Below are positions 60,829 to 64,000 of a stretch of DNA of 64,000 nucleotides, one piece after another. Origin of the DNA: Vairimorpha necatrix. Taxonomy: Eukaryota. Where the stretch lies: contig CP142734.1 of the NCBI GenBank assembly GCA_036630325.1, forward strand, positions 682,001 through 746,000, read 5' to 3'. The translations under genes and the position numbers were made by a program. Every line of letters begins with the position of its first letter. The first letter of the stretch is position 1. The notes below the pieces were generated by a model. That model was given only the letters and a program-made list of their open reading frames with translations. It searched no databases and was not told the origin of the DNA.

Positions 60829-61938
60829 CTATAATTTGACGTCCATTATGTGCGTCATGTGGCGGTCTCCTTCTAGTCTAATCCACCTTCCCTTCCGTCC
60901 TATCTCCGTGACTCGTTTCTTCCTTTTAAATTTCTTATCTAGTTTTTTGGCGTGATGGTCTTTGGCGTATACTAAATCTCCTATGTTGACTTTGCATGGT
61001 GGAATGATGTATGGTCGCGATTTTACCGTGGTTTTGTTGTGTAGGGGATCGAATACAGAGAACTGCTTGATGGCTGCAAGGGGCGATGTTCCTATGGTGC
61101 GATTATGGTTCATGTTTATTGTATCCTCGATGTCGGCGAGGATTGTCTGAATGTTTCTTTTCTTGTTTATTGCTAAGATAAACGCAATGGTTTTGTTTAA
61201 AGATTCAGATATTCCATTGGATCTCGGACTGTAGGTTGGAATTAGTGAATGAGTGATCTTTGCATTGTCTAAGTATGTTTTAAGTTCTCTACCAATGTAC
61301 TGTTTTCCGTTATCAGATATGATTTGTTTTGGTTTGCCGTAATCTCTTTCCCATTGGGTTAAGGCCTCTATGACTTTATTTGCTCCAACATTGTAATAGA
61401 AGTATAATCTTGTAAATCTAGAATATATGTCTGTGATGGACAAGATATATCCTGCCTCCTTTTTCCCTTTATGAATGTAGTCATTTAATTTAAAAGGTCC
61501 GAAAATGTCGCTGCTTATTTTTTCAAATTTATGGTTGGCAGATATATGGGGTCCTTTAGTCTCTATTCCGTTATTTCGTGGTTTATATCTTTTACAAGTT
61601 TCACATTTTGATATTATATCCTTTAAGTTTTGAATGACGTTTTTTACGTAGACTATATTTTTCAAGTTGTTATACATCGTGGTAATGCCCCGATGACCAA
61701 ATAACACGTGATTGTTCTTTAAAAACATTTTTGTTTCGGCATCCTTTAGGATGATTCTACCCTTTGAGTCCAGTAAATATTCTCCGTCTCTGTAGTGGCT
61801 TGCCCTTTGCAAACTTGCGATGTATTCTTTTATTTTAGGGGTTTCCTCTTCAGTGATTGCAAAGCATCTTGATAAGTTGTCGGCTATTACATTTTCTTTG
61901 CCATCTACGTGAAAAAGGTCGTAATCAAATTCATTCAT
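60829..61938 (-). CDS. pol: Integrase
   Basis: ADNLSR, HHCC, DIFGP, SDNGKQY, SNGISE. Confidence 0.9.
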   Translation of the reverse strand: MNEFDYDLFHVDGKENVIADNLSRCFAITEEETPKIKEYIASLQRASHYRDGEYLLDSKGRIILKDAETKMFLKNNHVLFGHRGITTMYNNLKNIVYVKNVIQNLKDIISKCETCKRYKPRNNGIETKGPHISANHKFEKISSDIFGPFKLNDYIHKGKKEAGYILSITDIYSRFTRLYFYYNVGANKVIEALTQWERDYGKPKQIISDNGKQYIGRELKTYLDNAKITHSLIPTYSPRSNGISESLNKTIAFILAINKKRNIQTILADIEDTINMNHNRTIGTSPLAAIKQFSVFDPLHNKTTVKSRPYIIPPCKVNIGDLVYAKDHHAKKLDKKFKRKKRVTEIGRKGRWIRLEGDRHMTHIMDVKL

Positions 61939-61947
61939 GTTTAGCTT

Positions 61948-62754
61948 TTATCTTAGTATTCTTGAAGTTTCTTTATTGCATCCCATTACACAGTTTTTAC
62001 TGTCTGTGTAGACTTCTATGTAAGATCCCTGTGTAATTTTTCTAAAGTGAATCATTGATAGCAATATTGAGAGATACTCTTTTTCTACTATTGTATAGTT
62101 AAGTTCCGGTCCTCCAAATTTTTTGCTATAATAGCCTATGATTCTATCTTCTTGGTACAATACACTTCCCATTCCCAACTCACTAGCATCGCAGTTGAGT
62201 TTAAATTTCTTTTTAAAATTGGGAAAACATAATTTATGATTTTGGCGGATATGTAGTTTCATCCTTTCAATCTCTAATTTCATTTCTTGGGTGAGTGCTT
62301 TGTTTTTGTTTTCTTTCTTTAGTAGATCACTAATTGCATGTAGTTTCATTGACAAATCAGGTAGAAATTTCCTGTACCAGTTCATGACTCCTAATAGTTT
62401 TTGTACATCTTTTAGTGTTTTGATTTCCTTGTAGAAGATTTTGTTTTCTAGATAAGACTGTTTTGGGTAAATTCCATCACTTTTTACGACGTATCCTAAT
62501 ACTTCTACTTCTGATTGAAAGAATTTTGATTTTTCAAAATTAATTTTAATGTGGTGTTCAAATAGTCGTTGAAGTACTTGTAATAGGGTCGCAGTATGTT
62601 CTTCTTTGGTCTTGTTGAAAATAATTATGTCGTCAATGTACACAAAGATGTTACTTATTTCTTCTAGCATGTTTGAGATTTTTCTTTGGAAGATTTTCGG
62701 GCCCGGTTTTATCCCAAAAGATATTCTTTTATATTGGTATTGTTTTCCTAACAA
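61948..62754 (-). CDS. pol: RT/RNase H piece
   Basis: YIDD, CDAS, YTDS. Confidence 0.88.
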   Translation of the reverse strand: MLGKQYQYKRISFGIKPGPKIFQRKISNMLEEISNIFVYIDDIIIFNKTKEEHTATLLQVLQRLFEHHIKINFEKSKFFQSEVEVLGYVVKSDGIYPKQSYLENKIFYKEIKTLKDVQKLLGVMNWYRKFLPDLSMKLHAISDLLKKENKNKALTQEMKLEIERMKLHIRQNHKLCFPNFKKKFKLNCDASELGMGSVLYQEDRIIGYYSKKFGGPELNYTIVEKEYLSILLSMIHFRKITQGSYIEVYTDSKNCVMGCNKETSRILR

Positions 62755-62813
62755 GAAAAATGACGTGTACTTTTTGCTATTTTCTTCTAAAAGAATTTGG
62801 TTAAACCCATTTT

Positions 62814-63998
62814 TTAAATCAATTTGACTAAAATATAAATTTCTCCCATGAGTGTAATTGAGTCTTCAATATTTGGAATGTTCCATATGTCGTCTCCAAT
62901 GTATTTGTTTATCTCTCGATAATCTACGACCAGTCGTAGTTCATTAGTCTTCTTTTTTTCCTTGAAAAAGGCCGGACTCGTGATATGTGATTCGCTTTTC
63001 TCTATTATGTTTTCTTTAAGTAGTCTATTTACTTCGTCTTTGGCCCTTTCCAGAAATTTAAACGGAACGCTGTAATTTTTTGGCTTCATATTTTTCGGTT
63101 CCTTTATTATTTTAAACTCTACTTTTAAGTTGTTAATGTGACTAAAATTGTTGTTGTTCTGTTGGTAAAACTTTAAATATTTAATTATTTCATCTTCTTG
63201 AACGACACTACATATATTGTCCATTAACCTATCCTCTAGTATTTCGTCGATGTTTTTTCTCGCATTTTTTAGAACTACGATGTCGTTATCCAGCACGATT
63301 GTACGATCCTTATAATTTAAAATAGCATTGTATGAAGTAAGAAATTCGTTTCCTAACAAAAATTCTATCGGTGCATTGTCTAATATCTTAAAGTTAATAT
63401 GGTAATTTTTTCTGTTTGGTAGAGTGACGTTGATTAAAGCTTGTTTGCTTATGATCCTGTGAGTACCATCTCCAAATGTAGTTCTTAGTGGCTTGCAGTC
63501 CTCTACTGATAGATCAAGGCTTTTTATTACATCACTTCGTACATAGTTGCGGTGTGATTCAGAATCGATTAATAGATTTATGTTGTTTCCTTGGGTAGTA
63601 CCTTCTAATATCAGTTCTAAGGGTTCATGTTCGTTCTCTTCACGTAATATCATTGTTTTGTTTTCTTTTTCCTTAATGCCTTTATTGTTGTTAAGGAAAT
63701 AGCAATCTTTACTATTGTGGGTATTATTTCTATGGTGAGTGCACCATTTAGTACTTGAAAGTGGAGCTTTAGTTTGGGGTGTTTTTTGAGGTAGCATCAT
63801 TTTCTTACTTCTCTCACTATGCACTAAGAGTCCCGATTCTATTCTTTCTAGGTGAAGAATAATCTCTCGTAGTGTTTTATTGTGTATCCCGGCTTTATAT
63901 AGTTCCATGTCGGTGTATGGCTCTAACCCTCGTAAGAAGATTTCTTCTGTTCTTCTATCAGTTTCGACTTTGCTCATGTGTCCCAGAAAGCTATACAC
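62814..63998 (-). CDS. gag: Gag C-terminus, protease (IDSES), RT N-terminus
   Basis: CTHHRNNTHNSKDC, LLGNEF, LRLVVDYR. Confidence 0.85.
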   Translation of the reverse strand: MYSFLGHMSKVETDRRTEEIFLRGLEPYTDMELYKAGIHNKTLREIILHLERIESGLLVHSERSKKMMLPQKTPQTKAPLSSTKWCTHHRNNTHNSKDCYFLNNNKGIKEKENKTMILREENEHEPLELILEGTTQGNNINLLIDSESHRNYVRSDVIKSLDLSVEDCKPLRTTFGDGTHRIISKQALINVTLPNRKNYHINFKILDNAPIEFLLGNEFLTSYNAILNYKDRTIVLDNDIVVLKNARKNIDEILEDRLMDNICSVVQEDEIIKYLKFYQQNNNNFSHINNLKVEFKIIKEPKNMKPKNYSVPFKFLERAKDEVNRLLKENIIEKSESHITSPAFFKEKKKTNELRLVVDYREINKYIGDDIWNIPNIEDSITLMGEIYILVKLI

Positions 63999-64000
63999 CT

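Larger units (their letters stand above)
60615..64000 (-). mobile_element. Gypsy retrotransposon (related to 9812-14061); 5' end outside window
   Basis: 3' LTR ~60615-60817 starting TGTGGTA after PPT GGAGAGGCAGAA; gag-PR-RT-RH-IN ORFs. Confidence 0.9.

Overview
This AT-rich eukaryotic window consists almost entirely of nested transposable elements; no conventional host gene is recognisable. A microsporidian host is inferred from the CCC-like motifs just upstream of most start codons and from the Merlin + Ty3/gypsy + hAT + Ginger repertoire. It holds about 14 Merlin (IS1595/ISXO2-like DDE) DNA transposons or relics with 8-9 bp TSDs and about 10 Ty3/gypsy LTR retrotransposons. There are also about 8 solo LTRs with 5-bp TSDs, two inverted Ginger-like integrase transposons carrying a tRNA-like A/B-box cassette, one hAT (Buster/SPIN-like) element, a LINE endonuclease fragment and a large foldback. 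Highlights: (1) a 3.2-kb gypsy element with 49-bp LTRs and no visible protease; (2) LTRs that carry the promoter, ATG and a conserved Gag N-terminal peptide across many unrelated LTR families; (3) a 15.5-kb inversion shown by swapped TSDs between two inverted Merlin copies; (4) internal inverted TIR copies in three Merlin families. Many frameshifts sit in homopolymers and may be sequencing errors. All coordinates were read by eye; relic boundaries are approximate.
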